This document shows positions 1-17,849 of a stretch of 64,000 nucleotides of DNA, one piece after another. Under the pieces are notes generated by a model that saw only the letters and a program-made list of their open reading frames with translations, was not told the DNA's origin and made no database searches. This DNA is from Octopus vulgaris (Eukaryota), in contig OX597825.1 of assembly GCA_951406725.2 (NCBI GenBank), positions 51,460,001 to 51,524,000 of the forward strand, given 5' to 3'. Positions within the stretch are counted from its first letter, which is position 1; every line of letters starts with the position of its first letter. The position numbers and the translations under genes were made by a program.

Positions 1-184
1 ACAATATGATAAAAGGAGGACTGGACTCAGGTAGCGTGACACTGGAGCGTATAAGTATTGCGTGCGTTCAGTTTGGATCTCCTTAATAGGAAACAAAGTG
101 TGTTTTATAGAATAAAGGCACAGTTGACAAGCATATGACACTATCAAGTACAAAGGCAAATAGAGATCTCCATTTAGGGATAAG

Positions 185-499
185 GGTAAAAAGACCCGCT
201 TCGGTCATGAATGACCTAGAAAGTTGTCCTCAAAGCACAAGTCCGAGTAAGGTTGATTTATGGAAGACCAGCAGTCACCCATGCATATTAGCTGCCCCCC
301 TCCTCGCCATCAATGTTATCCAAACGAAAGGCAAAGGCCGATGCAGCTTGGCACCAGTGACGTCACAACTCATCTCTACAGCTGAGTGAATTGGAGCAAC
401 GTGAAATAAAATGTCTTGCTCATGAACGCAACACAGCCCAGTCCGAGAATGAAATCACAAACTCATGATTCTGACCCCAACGCTCTAAACACTGAACCA
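185..499 (-). mobile_element. tRNA-derived SINE (cephalopod-type), decayed
   Basis: The minus strand starts GGTTCAGTGTTTAGAGCGTTGG (A-box-like tRNA head), then a degenerate B-box and a CORE-like GAGCAAGACATTTTATTTCACGTTGCTCCAATTCACTCAGCT. The same core recurs at ~14385-14450. Confidence 0.7.
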
Positions 500-1344
500 G
501 ATTACTGGATTCAGAGGCCAGAGTGCTCACCATTACACTCGGAGAAACGAAGACGTGATAGCCTAATGTTTAATGTTAGATTCACTTACAAAAGTCCAAG
601 GATTCCAATTCTAAACTGAGCAAAGGTTTATGGAGAAGGGTGCTTCATTTCATGGAAATCAAGTAGATGTGAGCCGTCAAGCTGGGAAGGTAGTCGATAT
701 AGAGCGACGCGTACCTCTATTGGGTTGTGATCGTTTCCAACCAAATATCAACAGTTTTGTCGTTTTTCTTTTTATTCTCTACTGACAAAGAGAATGAGAA
801 CGTGGTGGACAGATAACAGCTTATTTGCTATAACTCTACCCATACCTTTTAGACTAGGCCCTGCTCCCATGGTTTCAACCACCATCTCACACCTTCACAG
901 AAAATATTCCTGCAACACATTCAGTGTCACTACAAATACTTTTACTACAAATACTTTTAATGTAGATATTATATGTGCGTGTATGTACTCAGTCTTTTTA
1001 TTTAATTAACAAAAATGTAACAAATATACGTTTGCGTGTGCTTGTGTATGTATTATTTACATCACAAAATATAAAGTAATTGAAGTATGTTTTTACTAAA
1101 ATAGTGATGAAGGGATGTTCACTGATTTCTGCTATGAATTCAAGGACTTCTACGTAAGAAACACATTGAACTTCATATAACAGGAAGGAGGAATTAAAAT
1201 TACAACTTCAGATTAAATAACAGAAAAGTCACATTTGATTCCTACTGAACATTAACATGAGGCAGCCATTTTGCTTTTGTCTTTTTAATTAGAAAAGACA
1301 GCTGGTTGGCATTTGTTATTGGCATTTACATACGCATACGCATG

Positions 1345-1477
1345 CGCGCAAAGACACACACACACACATGCTACATATGTACACAGGTGCATGCATATAT
1401 ACATATGTGTACATATATATACACACATATGCATATGTATATCTCTCTATCTCTCTATCTCTCTATCTATCTATCTC

Positions 1478-1554
<77 letters not shown>

Positions 1555-1600
1555 AGATACATACGTGTGTATGCACAAATATGTGAAGACATGCATATAG
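1345..1600. repeat. Compound microsatellite (CA)n/(TC)n/(TA)n
   Basis: Direct reading; explains the YIYI/SLSL ORFs. Confidence 0.95.
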
Positions 1601-3774
1601 ATATATGTATATATTTACGCAAGGATATATAGACATTTGCATATCTGTGGGGACGAACACTCGTATGCTGATAAGTGTGTGTATGAATGGTGGTGGTGGT
1701 GATGGTGGTGGTGGTAGGGTGTTTCTATTAATGAATAATCGATTATTTTTAAGGAGATTACGAAATGAAATGAAACTAAGAATTATCTGACGAAAAGTAA
1801 GCTGATAAGAAACTCTCTCTATGTCTTATATATTTAGGTGTCTCTTTGTATACGCGTGTGCATGTGCATATACCAAAATATCTCTGTGCACTCTTTGTTC
1901 ATTTCTGCAAATATACACATACACATCCGTATATAATTGCGTATATATGTGTGTGTATGTCTATGTGTGTGGATGTTTATATATGTGTATGAGTAGGCAT
2001 ACAAGAGAAACACACACATTAAGGCAGCTATAAAATCTCATTGGTTTCCTTTTATGGAATTGTAAATGTACGTCTTATGTAACCTTGGAAAAGATTAGTA
2101 TTCTGATGGATACCATTTCCTATATTTAGCCCCACTGCTAACATACACACATCTATTACAATTTTGTCATGCAATTCCTTAAATCTGAAATTGATACCAG
2201 GTTTTCATATAAAACACTGATTGGCAGATTCAAACCAATTTATTTCGGTACTGTTACTGATCATGGATTGCTGAATAATCCCATCGTCTGACACCTGTCA
2301 TCTGGTTTCGACATATGAACGTTGAGTTTTCTAACTTAATAGAATTTCAAATTCTCTGTCCACGCAACTATCCTTAAAGCCATACCTCCGACACGCATTC
2401 CTGTTCTTTATGCACACATCCATGAAGAATTTGTCTACAATTATCTATCTAGGACAATCATTTGTTTAATAAATCATGCTTCAATTCATGCATACACACA
2501 TTTCTTTAGTTTTTCCATTCATTCCTATATATCACCCCTTAGTCATCACCTTATGAACACTGTCATATATCCTACACGTTGTATAAACGCACCAACAAAG
2601 GATGTTGATACGAGTTCCGATTGCTTTCAAATTATATATTCATTTCTTATAAATTCTCTAAAAATATGTCCCCAAACAATTACTCTTCCATTTCGTCCCC
2701 TTATATTAGTTCCCTCTTTTATCCCAAGCCACAATCTAGAGTACGGGTCACACCTGTAGAGCAATGCTGCTATTTCATCAATTCCGGTGTACTGCGACGT
2801 TTCTTTAGTGATCTAAACTTTATTGTGGTGCAGTAATGGCATCTTCTCTCCTTTTTGAACCCATCCTCGACCCTTTCTTGAATCTTGGTGTTCTCTCTTT
2901 GACTTAGACATTATCAATCCTGATTGAGTTATCTCTGATTCTCACACTTTATCTTTTATTTTCAATACATTTTAGAGTTCTGCTAATATTTCATCAATTC
3001 CGCTCGTCTCTAGCTTTAACTTTTTTCAGCCATACATTTTTCCTATATATCAACAACTTACTTGATGTTTCATTTAGTCGAATAAAGATCACGGTTTCTT
3101 TCTTGTTACATCTTCCGCATTCAGATGGTGCACATTTGAGCTAAAGCATTCATGACAAACATGCGCTGATGAATCCATGAACAGGTGATCCCAAAACGTC
3201 TGCCGATATTTTATACTAATGTACCGGATTTCAACAGTAAACTAAACAAATGGCAGCCTCCACTTTATTTGTTCGATAATATATGCAATTATATTATATT
3301 GATTGCTGAAGCGATATCTTAACATAAATCATTCGGAGCAATTGTTTTATACAGGTCTGTATTCAACAAGTCAGAATAAAATAACTTAGAGATCTGTCAG
3401 AGACTTCACAAGCTTACGACTACTGATACTTGGGAAAGCTATTCTGCACTTGAAGAACTGTGGTTTCATGTCGGTCATTAATAATGGATCAATTGAAATA
3501 GATAAATTGAAATCAAATCCATATAATCGTATCGAAGCAAAACCTTCCAAACTTCTCGCGGATCCAAAGAATATTGATTATTCTTGGGTTTCCTTGTTGC
3601 TATTCAAATTAAGATATTTGAATATTATCACGTTATTGAGACCTTATCCCTATTTGATAGTTTAAACGAAAGAGAAAACAGATGAACCCAAAACTAAAAA
3701 AATTGAAGATTCTTATAAATGAATTTTCCTTTGATCTTGTCGTTTTTATTTACATATTTATAGAAACATTCCCG

Positions 3775-5960
<2,186 letters not shown>

Positions 5961-7114
5961 CATTCAACTATATTTTTATTTTAGATTTATTACATCGAAT
6001 TCAGCCCAGCTTACATAAGGTGTACACCAACTGACAGCTTCTAAAGCTTGTTAGACTGACCAGAATTTTGTATGTAGAAATTAAATTAACAAAATCCTGA
6101 AGAAGTAAAACAGGCTAGCAGCGAAAATGGTAAGATAAGATCAAAAGCAATTGGAAAATTAACTATAATTATATTGGTAACTGATTCAGCAATAAAATCA
6201 AACAGAGATAAAGGCCGAAAATAACCACAGAAATCCCGGCCACTCGATGCTGGTGTAATGACGACGAAGACGACGATGTTGACAGCTACAACAACATTAA
6301 CAACATCAAAATCATGTCGAAACAATCTCAATAATAACATCAACAACATGAAACACCAGTAACAAAAAGTGTAACAACAATAACAACAACATCAGTTTTG
6401 TTAATATTTCTCTATTAACATACTTGCAGCAAAATGCGTCTGTTTTACTGCAATAATGAAACTTAGACACACGCATACACACATACACATACACACATAC
6501 ACACATACACATATGCTTACACACGCACAAATAGATATACAAGAATAAATGCTAACGTATACACACACATACACACACATACACGTCCGTACACATCTGC
6601 ACACAAAATACTACCAGAACAAAACGAAACAAATAGAATAGAATAGAAAAAAAATATTTTAAATTGATTCGACTTCAATAAAACTAAAAGGGTGGGGTTT
6701 AGAAATGGTATAATTAAAATGTATAAATCACAGAGAAAGCCTTTTAAAGGTAGAATGATTTATGTGACGATTTCAAGAGAATGGTACGGCATTGTTACTG
6801 GAATAAAAACAAGGGAAAAAGAGATGAAATGAGAAAAAAGCAAATAAAAGAAATGAAATAAATACGATGATAAATGTTTTGAAAATAAATTATAGGCTCA
6901 GCAGAGTAACATCAACGGAAGCAAGCATTTCTGAGGCAGGAAGATGAAGATCAGAGGCAGCGGACGCAACAACTAAAAGATGTAATATAATTGGTTAGAT
7001 TTTTGTATGTCATCAAAACAAAAGTTTGCAGCCATAGTGACTGCAAAAATCAATTAAATTCTTAGAATCGAAAATATTTGCATCTGGTTGCGTAGAAATA
7101 ATACTGCAAAACCA

Positions 7115-7480
<366 letters not shown>

Positions 7481-8719
7481 TCGTCTGTGCGTATGTTTGG
7501 GGGTGTAGTTGGGTTAGAAGTCCATCCAAAATTGTTTTACTACAACATTTATTATTATAGCCTAACTCTTTAAGATAAGTAGTTTATATGTGTGTGTATG
7601 TATGTGTATTTTAAATGATTGCATCAACAGATCCGGTAACATATTTCTTTAGAAATGTTTGCTCAATGTATTAAAGACAATATAGAAATCTTAGTGTTGT
7701 TTTGTTGTTGAAATATTTTTACAAAAACACTGCGTTTCTAGCATCCATCCATTAGCAACTGAAAACTTTTGATCTTTAAAGTAATATCGTCTAAAATTAC
7801 TAGTTATGAGTTACAAATTAGATAAAATAACATCACGAGACATCTTTAATAAGAGTTGGGGAGCTGGGTATAGTTTTTCCCAGTAATGGAGAAACACACA
7901 ATATGAAACTAGCTTTGAAAAGGCTTTTCATGCGGCATCACCTATAAATAACAGATGCAGCCAATATTTCAATAAAGCACTTAGTTTTAATCAGTATAAA
8001 ACCCAGCGTCCATTTACATTGAAGAGCCGCCGCTAAAATTCCTCTGCATGTGTTAATGGATGACAGAGAAATTACTTTCAATTTATTGATAATTTCCTAA
8101 CTTTGAAAAATATTATTATAGTTTGTCGGTGGACGACAAATAAACGGAATAATTTTGGTTTCATTTTTCATGTTATCGACGTATTTGTATTAATTTATTC
8201 TCATTTCGATAAATGCAGATATCTATCAATACATGGAGTATGTATCGGTTACTGCTTGTATGTTCATACATATGTATTGTATGTATACATGCGTGTGTGT
8301 GTGAACCATTATGCGAAAGTAGATACCAGACAAGAAAAACAGCGCAAAATAATGAAAACACACACACACACACACACACATATATGTGTGTTTGTATGTG
8401 TGTGTGTGTGTGTGTGCATATATATGTATGTATGTATGTGTATGGAATATTCCAAATAGTGAAGAGTAAATCATAATTTAGCAATTTAAATCCTTTGACG
8501 AAATTTGTTTCTCTTGGAATATCTGTGGTGTTATAATGTTGACATTTTTTGTTGTTAAATCTTGCTTAAATCCTCTTGTTGTCAACACTTACCATTGCAA
8601 TGACGAGAATAATGAATGATTAGGATGATGACAACACCGATGTGGAGGAGGACACGGTCGATAATTGATGATAATTATGACCTTAATAACAAGCAAACTA
8701 TGCAATATTGGTTTGGACA

Positions 8720-10230
8720 ATGGCGTTATAACATGCATAATGAACTACCGTGTGCCGCCAAATGTATTGTTCTGGAGTGTGCAGTACTCTCGTCTGAAAG
8801 CAGTTAGTACGGTGGTTACCCGCATGTGACAAATCTATTTGACAGAAGTTGAATGCAGATACAAAATTACAGTTACAATATTACACTCAATTTTTAGGGC
8901 AAGTTTGTTATAACATGGCAAGTAAAACAGACTTGATCCCTTATTAGTTATGACAATTTCAGTGAAATCTAAAAATTTGAACGCATAAAAAACATACTAT
9001 AATATAACAAGTGTATTCACGTCCAAAAACGCAGAAACTCGTAGAACACTTAAGAGCACATCTACAATCATCACCATCGTATGCTGAAATCCACCTATTT
9101 CCACATAGATGAAATAATACAAAACCTCTGCTCCAATACGGCTACTATTTATTCTGTACAATACCCTAAACATCTACAGAAACAAAAACACTATGCTGTG
9201 GCAGACAATCAACGTGCTTGCAAAACAAAGCGACAAACCTTTTGGCGGCTATCGATGGATAGGCGATGTAATGTGTAATTACAATTCACGACGACTATTA
9301 TAAAAATGAGTATCATTAAAACCATATTCCTACTACTGAATAAAATAAACACAAACTAAAGGAATATTTTTCGCAGCTACATTTAATATCAATGATCTAT
9401 AGTCCTACAAAAATATTTCACTGTTCTTCAGTATGTCATTTTTCAAACATGAAACTGTTCAAGTGTTTTGAGGATAATAAAGATGATTCTGTTGCTAGAG
9501 GCAGCTTATGGTCTGCTACATTATGTTACACCAGGGGGAAAGACATTGAAATCCCAACAGCCATCTTCATCTTGCTGTAAATAAAATCAACGGTGCCTAT
9601 AATTCGATACAGAGTATGTTCTCTTGTTATTAACACTAACTGTAAATATAATTTCAGACCTCATACCACTCCTTTGTTTTGCGAATAACTTCGTCACCCC
9701 CACAAGGTTACCTTCGCAACAGTTTTTTACCCATTTCATCCACGTTCTTAGATGACATGCTGTGTAGGCAGAATGGTCACGGTTGGTAAACCTACGGTCA
9801 AACGTCAAGGCTGCCTTGTTGCTACAAAAATCGTATTTACCGATGATATAAAGAGAAGGCCTTTACTCGTCTGAGTAGAAAAAGCAAACCAGTGATTTCA
9901 AATCACCCAGTTTCAGCTAACAACTATATGAAATACGAATCTCCCAAAACAAAAAAAAATGTTTTCATAAACTAAGACGCGATCGGCATGTTTGGAATGC
10001 ATTGCATCAAAAATCCTTTAGACTTAGCTTAACCTGAGAAGTATAGTATATCGTCTCTTTTTAGTCACTCTTCACCTGTAAACAAATCTGGGACGTTTAC
10101 CTATTAATCGTATGGCACCATCTTTAGACGAACGCTTGAAATAACTCGAAGTGTGGACCTGAAAGTAAAACAGTGCTACTTCAGATGCAGCTGTATACAA
10201 AAGTGTTCTGTTTTATGCTCCAGGGAAACA
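8720..10230 (-). mobile_element. Highly decayed hAT (Buster/Charlie-like) DNA transposon remnant
   Basis: Minus-strand KDGAIRLIGKRPRFV (~10080-10125) resembles the TDGAPAMxGKRSGFV transposase motif. GTGTGCCGCCAAAT near 8750 is a subterminal-type motif. Confidence 0.45.
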
Positions 10231-10409
10231 CGGTAATTCTTATTATTTTGGTTCGATATAAAGAAAGTCATTTCTTAATGGTTTTGTTACGCTTTTAGTT
10301 TTGTTTTAATGAGAGAAAGAAAATTCTTCTTTATAAATTATTTCTACACGAAGATAATTCGAGAACTCACTATTTTTAATAACGATGCATGATTAAAAAC
10401 AGAATTCTG

Positions 10410-10584
10410 ATCACTAACACACACACGTGCACGCGCGCGCACACACACACACATACACGCATATACACATGTGTATGTAATTTATATACGCCTGTGTCTG
10501 TCTCTCTCTGTCTCTCTGTATATATTTGTATAGAATGTATATGTCTGTATCTCTCTCTATATATATGTATATGTATATATGTAT

Positions 10585-10645
<61 letters not shown>
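10410..10645. repeat. Compound microsatellite (CA)n/(TC)n/(TA)n
   Basis: Direct reading. Confidence 0.95.
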
Positions 10646-10646
<1 letters not shown>

Positions 10647-11799
10647 ATACACAAAACAAAAACTGTTTTGGGTAATATACTTTCGAATAAGGATATCGTA
10701 TAAATAATAACTACGTGATGAATCGAATAAAACTGACTCAGTTGTATCAAGTAAGACAGAAAAAGAAAGAAAATGAAAAAATAATTATGATAAATTGTTT
10801 CAAAAATATAAAAAGATGTCAGAATTGTATTTCAATACGACTAAAAGATGGATGGAAAAGAGACGAGATTTCTTATTAAGAAAACAAAACAAACTAATGG
10901 AGAAAACATGGATCCTTTGAAATTTGAAATAAATTCTTGGAACAAAATAGAATTTTAAGTTTTTTTCTAAGCATTTGTTTGTATATATAAATTCTATAGT
11001 AAAGAAATTCTGAAAAGACAGATTTGTGTATGAGCAGAGTTTTATCGTGCAAACCAGTCGAGTAACACTTACTGTCACCCACTTTGAAATATTATCACAT
11101 ATAATCAGCCTTTTAATATATATGTGTGTATGAATGCCTATACATGCATACACACACACATACACTAACACATAGACACACATACTCCTATATAAACACA
11201 CTCACATAAATATACATAAACGTAAACGTCGAACGATAAAAATGAGTGTATAACACAGCATTGATAGATGGAATTTCTCTATTTGTGTATTACGGCTACC
11301 ATTGGATTCATGTTAAGAAAAATAGAAAACTATTTTAATATCGTAACAACTTTTCAAGCCGACCACACGACGGAATGGTTTTCGTATCCATTTTGAATTA
11401 AAGCAGGAAGTCTCGTTGAATTTGCGGAAATTCTCGTATATTTTTCAACGATGTTCTTATTTCGTGTTTTTTCCATGGTTTGTTTTGATTCTCTTTTCGT
11501 GTTTAGTGTTTAACCGGTGTTTGAGGAGGTCGGAAGCATTGATACGCAAATGTCAATCGATGAAAATAAGTGGTCGAAACTGCATGCATACGCACATACA
11601 TACATACATACATACATACATACATACATACATACATACATACATACGTTTATATATATATATGTGTGTTTGTGTATATGTGTGTGTATGTGTGTGAGAG
11701 AAAGAGAGAGATTGAGAAAGAAAGGTTAACAATTATATTTTTTTAGAGGAATTTTAATTCTGTGCATAAAAATTACGGAATCAACTGTACAGTACATTC

Positions 11800-13800
11800 T
11801 CTCAAGTTTGCAACTGTTCCACTATGTCAATGAGAATCCTGAACCGGCAACACAATGAAGGAACTGTAAGAACGATTAAGTAAAGAAGAGTCACAGCAAT
11901 TAGAGCAGAAGTGAGAAAATGTGCCGGTGTGCGACTGTAATCATTAATCTCCAGAATATGTAAAGTCAATTAAAAACAGATGGGAGGCGGCACAAAGGAA
12001 ACACTTAAACAAAAATTAGTCCTTTATCAAACGTTTCACGAAGGATTCTAGTAGTTTGGACGCCTATGAGAATTATGCATTTTAGGGGCATGTTAAAGAA
12101 TTGATACATATGGAAGCAAGACGCATCAGATACACATAATTGAAATTTACCGCCTGGGGTGGAAAACAAAAGAACAAGAAACACTATGTCCATGATTATT
12201 GACAAGGACACAATAAGTAGAAAATTGACATAGATCTAATTACTTTAAAATAAAATTAATGCATAAATGTTTTAGGATAAAATAGTCGACTGCGATGCAA
12301 ATGAAAGACCAAATGTTAGTGTAACCACAAAATACACTTGTCAAGGACTTGGACGAATATGTCAAGCAAAGAAATCAGAAGAACGAACGATACGTATCCT
12401 CACTATGTGAGTTGAATGGCAAGAAAGACGTTAATCATCACAATCTTTCAACTGTAAGACAATGTGCGTGTATACATATACTTCCAGGTAGTGGCATAAT
12501 GTATATATGTGATATTGCGCAATTTGCTACATAATATTGGCCATTCTTGTTAAAGACAATTTCTGTTAACTAATTTTTATCCCGTTAAACCCCTAATTAT
12601 GTTTCGTCTTATATATCAAGTTTCTATTTCTATAAATTATATTTCTCTAAATAGGCAAGACACAAGAAAATATAATCTGGGAAAAGTAATGAAATTTTCG
12701 CTAACTCTGTAAAACGACATATAACTTCTGACCAGTGACACTGCGCAGTATTCTATCATTACGTTCATGGAACATTTTGGAAAAAGTAGATAAGACAAAG
12801 TGAAAGATAACATAGAAATCAATTACAGAACAAACCGAAATAATAAGAGATAAAAGAAAAGAGGCAGAAACTGATGACGCAAAAGAAAGAAATGAAAAGC
12901 AGGAGTTGTGCCAAATATTCTCGATCAGCCGAATATATTTAGAATGATAGCCAAACAAATTTATATCTCAAAAATCAGTATCGCAAATGATTTGTAGTTG
13001 AGGCAACAAAGATAAAAGAATCACAAATTTTTGGTGAAACGGTGCCAGTTTGGAACCTTCATGGAGAAATGTTAATGGTTAAAGAGATAGGGAGGGAAGC
13101 AGACACTATTTATCAGACAGTAAATAATGTCGAAAGCCAACATTTCCGTCTTGCTCTAATTAATCAGGTGCCACCTATCATTTATATTTCTAAATTGCGC
13201 ACTTTAAACTACAATAGTGAGCAACATAACAGCATAAATTATTTAATTCTTTTTTTCTTAGTTAAAATTCAATTATCTGACAATTTGAAGTCGATAACAG
13301 TTATCGACGTAAAGATTGTTCCATACGTAAAGCTACAGCTTATGTATATTAATGTTGTCCACTTTATTATATTTATTTCTTACCTTATTTTATTTTTGTC
13401 AGGAATAATATGTGTCATATTGTTTTTATTTTTACAACTATGAAAACATTTGGAAATCAGTTCAAAAGGAGTGGAGACAAATAATAACTTTGAAGAATTG
13501 TTAATATTGAGCTGTAAAATCCAATTTGCTAATAACAGGTCCTTCGAGGCACTCGTCCAAGAAATCGCGAGCCAAGCACATCATTTATGTCTTCTTCATA
13601 ATTCATAAAAAGTTAACTTCATGTGTGACGAACAAGTAAACTATGATTGCAGAACATGAACTTGTTCAATCAATATAGAAGCAATAATCATCCAACAGAA
13701 TATCTTAAGGAGCTAAAATAACGTAGGTGACACACTGCAGGCAAGTAATGTTAAAAGGAAAATGTAGAAACGAACATTAAATACTAGCATTTACTCCACA
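11800..13800 (+). mobile_element. Possible very old non-LTR (R4/Dong-like) remnant
   Basis: Weak fragments only: YVKSIKNRWE (~11960), PVWNLHGEMLMVKEI (~13045), IIHKKLTSCV (~13600). Confidence 0.25.
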
Positions 13801-14379
13801 GACGTGATTTCAATTTTGTGTAAACTAACGTTTGTCTATTAGAAATGTTGCATTTTTCACAAGCTAACCGTTCCAATTTCTTTAGTATCTCAATTCAAAA
13901 TTGAATGGTAACTGCTATTCTTATGTTTATCTCTGTATGTTATATTGTCTCTGTGATTATACATATTTATTATATATGTGTTCTCCTGTTGCTACTACTG
14001 GCATTGATTCATACTTCGCAGATATATTTAAATAAAAGAACATCCGGTCACATCATTTTAATAGCACTACTCTTTGTCTGAAACTGAAACATTTACTGGC
14101 AACGCGCTTTAGTTTAACACTAAGAATATAGCAAGGAAATTGGCATATAAAATTGGGTATACTGAAAGAAATGAGAATTTTATTACCTGTGACGCGTGTC
14201 TTTTCCTATCATTACGAGCCAATATAGATACTAAATCGGCAATGAATGGTCAATTTGTACCTTGCTTTCACGAATTGTTTTATATGTCTATGTCGTCGAG
14301 AGCAGACATAAGCACCTTCTCGACACACGTGATAAAGAGGAGCATCCAGGAAGTGACACCTTAATGTGAGAGGGCTGTA

Positions 14380-14500
14380 TTCAGGGCTCAGCTGAGTAGA
14401 ATGGAGCAACGTGAACTGAAATACTTTGCATAAGATCACAACGCACAATCTAAATCAGAAAATGAGCCTTCTACCACATAATTGTCCGTCCAGTTGCCTA
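14380..14500 (-). mobile_element. SINE fragment related to 185-499
   Basis: CAGCTGAGTAGAATGGAGCAACGTGAACTGAAATACTTTGC aligns to 379-420. Confidence 0.6.
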
Positions 14501-17406
14501 ACCGTGAGGTCACGCGTAATACAACATATACCACAATAGGTGGCTAAAAGATAGATAGACCTGTAATATAGTGTACAGCAGCGCAGTCTCGATAATGTTA
14601 TACAATCTCTAGCTAGCAAAATCTTTTCGGAGACAGAATTCCTACTCTTCTCTTGAAATATGTTCAATCAGCCGCCAGAGAAAATTTACATAAATATTTT
14701 GATTATGTCTATTTCTGTAATCGACTGAGGGACATTAGTCAGAAAAGTTCTCCAAAAGATATAGTAAAATTCATCAGAATTCATAGTATTTCATATAATC
14801 TCTTAATAAAATGGTTTAATCAGATTGTATTTACAATACCTAAACAATGTGTAACATTATCAGTTGCTAGAAAGCTAAGATATGTAAATATGAAAAATTG
14901 TATTACGTTGTATGCTGTGTGGTGTATTGTATATTTAAGCACAGTTAACGTTTTCCAAAGTCTCACTATTTGCCATACATAATGGGATATTCATGTTTCT
15001 CTATAAAATAATAAGGGACATAACAGACACAAATAACAAACATAAAAATTCTAGTTTCTGATAACCTCTAACGAAATGACGTTTTTAACCCGAGACAAGA
15101 TCGGGTCTAATTGTATGTATATAACATAAAAAGTCTTAAACAACCTCATTTGTGTCACTACGACTCGGTGGCTCATATGATTTATCATTACCATGTTTTA
15201 AAGAAGCCTTAGTATATGTACGTGCGTGCATATGTATGTGAGTTTGTGTATGTGTACAAGTGAGTGAGTGAATGTGTGAGCCTATATCGATCTGTCTCTT
15301 GTTATATTCAAAGACATATAATTAAAAAAAGGTTGAAGAGAATAGTTGTGGCATATGTGGCCAAAACCTCATTAATGTATGATATTTATAAATGTTACTT
15401 GAAGCGATCATATCTTACCACGCACATTTGGTTCTGCACTCTACACATTGTGAACTCACCATTAGTAGAGCTCTGCAAACATTAAAACAGAAAAAAAGAA
15501 TATCATGAAACATTAAATTTCAAAAGCTTATAAAGAATACATTATACACTAAATATCAACATCAATTTGAGGTTTGAAGCAGTGTGAAGAGAATGCAATT
15601 ATATGAAGAGGGTCAAACAACTATAAATTTCACCAGAGAATTGGAGCTCCCAGTTTGCAATTTACTCACAAGAGTCAGACGGGTGATATGCAAAAAGAAA
15701 AAGAAAAATTAACAATAAAACGGAACGAAAAACACTAGCGTAGTGAATTGTGAAATAATCAATAGTTTCAATAATTACAGAAATAACCTGAGGTTAAAGC
15801 CTGTAAGACTGAATGAACATTATAATGAAATCTATATATGTAAGAAAAACTATTGAGACACAAGTGGCGTTGCGTATATTAAGCACTTCCTTCGTACCAA
15901 CTCTTCAAAACAGTTCATATCTTTAGTTTGGATAATGTGCATACATTTTTTTCTTCTGAAGTGAAAATAATTTTGAATAAGTTTTACTTGAATGTAAATC
16001 GATTGAAATGTATAACTTAAAATCTGAATATAAATTCGAGTGAGAAACGTGTGAGGTTAATGGAGATAATTTATTCAACGGAATTTTAAGGTCTCAAAAA
16101 CGCAAATTTTACTCGGTATTTGATAGTAAAAATTGTGATTAATCATGCTTATTAATAGTTTCATTTTTTATATTCTGCTCTTGCTTTTACTGTTGCTGCT
16201 ATTTTATATGGTAGAGAATGGGAGAACTATCCGAGTATTTTACAGTTTAATTAAAGATGGGAAGAGTAAGCCTATAACTCGAACTTTCAGGGCCTCCAGC
16301 ATTTGTGGGAGATCTGGTTTCAGTGTACTCTCCTAAAGAGTTCAGAGAAACCAGATGTTGGTGTTAAGCCAAGTAAAAATAGATTAAGTTTAATTGTCCA
16401 TTATATCAAACTCTAATGCACGAGTGACACTATATTGAATATTGATTGATGAAAAGCAACACTGAATTCACTGGAATTTGAACTCAGAACGTAAAGGTCC
16501 GTAATAAAATACTGTTAAGTATATGTCAGATGTTTAGGTTTATATATGATACTATGACAAATGAATATACTGTTAATTCATTATTGAACATATTTATATT
16601 ATATATTCAGTCGTGCATACTTTTGTTATTGGAATTAGATACCTGCGCACACGGGAAAAATCGCACTCCAGTTGATAGAACTGCTGTCTCTGGTACAGGA
16701 ATGTCTACATATTACCTCAGGCACATAACTATTGATCTACTTTATACTTTTTAACAAAGCAAAGTTAAGTGATTACTCTATCTTTTTTCATAAAAACAGA
16801 CTTATGTTAAATTAGGCAATATATGTGTGTGTGTGTGCGTGTATGTGTGAATTATGAGACTTTCTGCATCATATGAGGATGCATCATGGAAATTCACGAT
16901 TTTCAAAAAGGACACGGATTGTCGTGTATTTTGGAGACGTGGCAGGCGAAAAAGTTTAAGCGTCATACTGGAAATTAACCTTGAGAATTAACGTGATGAA
17001 AACTAATCGTATTTCTTTGATACCAAATAACTTTTAACGAGATTAAATTAGATCAGACATGAAATGTCTGCAACCCGTGTGCACGGACTCTTTAATAAAA
17101 TATAACTACACATATACTCACACACACGCGCACATGCCAAATAAGACAATCTATTACACATTAAGGCACGAATTCTCGCCAGGACGTGATTATGTGCCCT
17201 GTACATTGTTATTTAAGAAGGACATTAATATGTGCTATATTAATAAACATTCCTAAAATTTAATTGAAATTAAAAGTTTTTATTTTCATTAGCGCTTATG
17301 AAGTGCACATAACATACGTTTATAATTTAATTAAATTCAAAAGTAATGGTCATATTTTGGTATAGACTAATGATTATGTAACCATAATATATATAATAAC
17401 GGATAT

Positions 17407-17510
<104 letters not shown>

Positions 17511-17849
17511 CACTCATCACCCAGTTTTGCATTCAATCTCATTGTTTGTTTACATCTGACATCTCGATACCAAACGTTGTAGTAAAATATGTTGTAACAA
17601 AAATCAGTCTGTAGAATGTGTATAAAAATACCCTTAACAGAATATATTGGTATATTTACCCGCTTACCAAGTGGAGTGTTGTGGTTCCACTGAAGTATTT
17701 AGTAATATAGGAACAAGTAGACAATGGGTAAATAAAAGCTGTATCTTATAGAAGTATCTTCCTCTCCCGAGAAAGAACATATTTCAGCACAAAACTATTG
17801 ATAATCTTCTATATGCATTGACCTTGCGATAAAATACTACTCTCATATT

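Noticed and set aside
1306-1660. YIYI/HTHT/CVCV-rich ORFs here and throughout the window
   Set aside because: Dinucleotide microsatellites lack stop codons; these are not genes.
2200-3660. Possible LINE remnants, and a 15-bp direct repeat at 2772 and 2988
   Set aside because: Motif matches are too weak to assign by eye.
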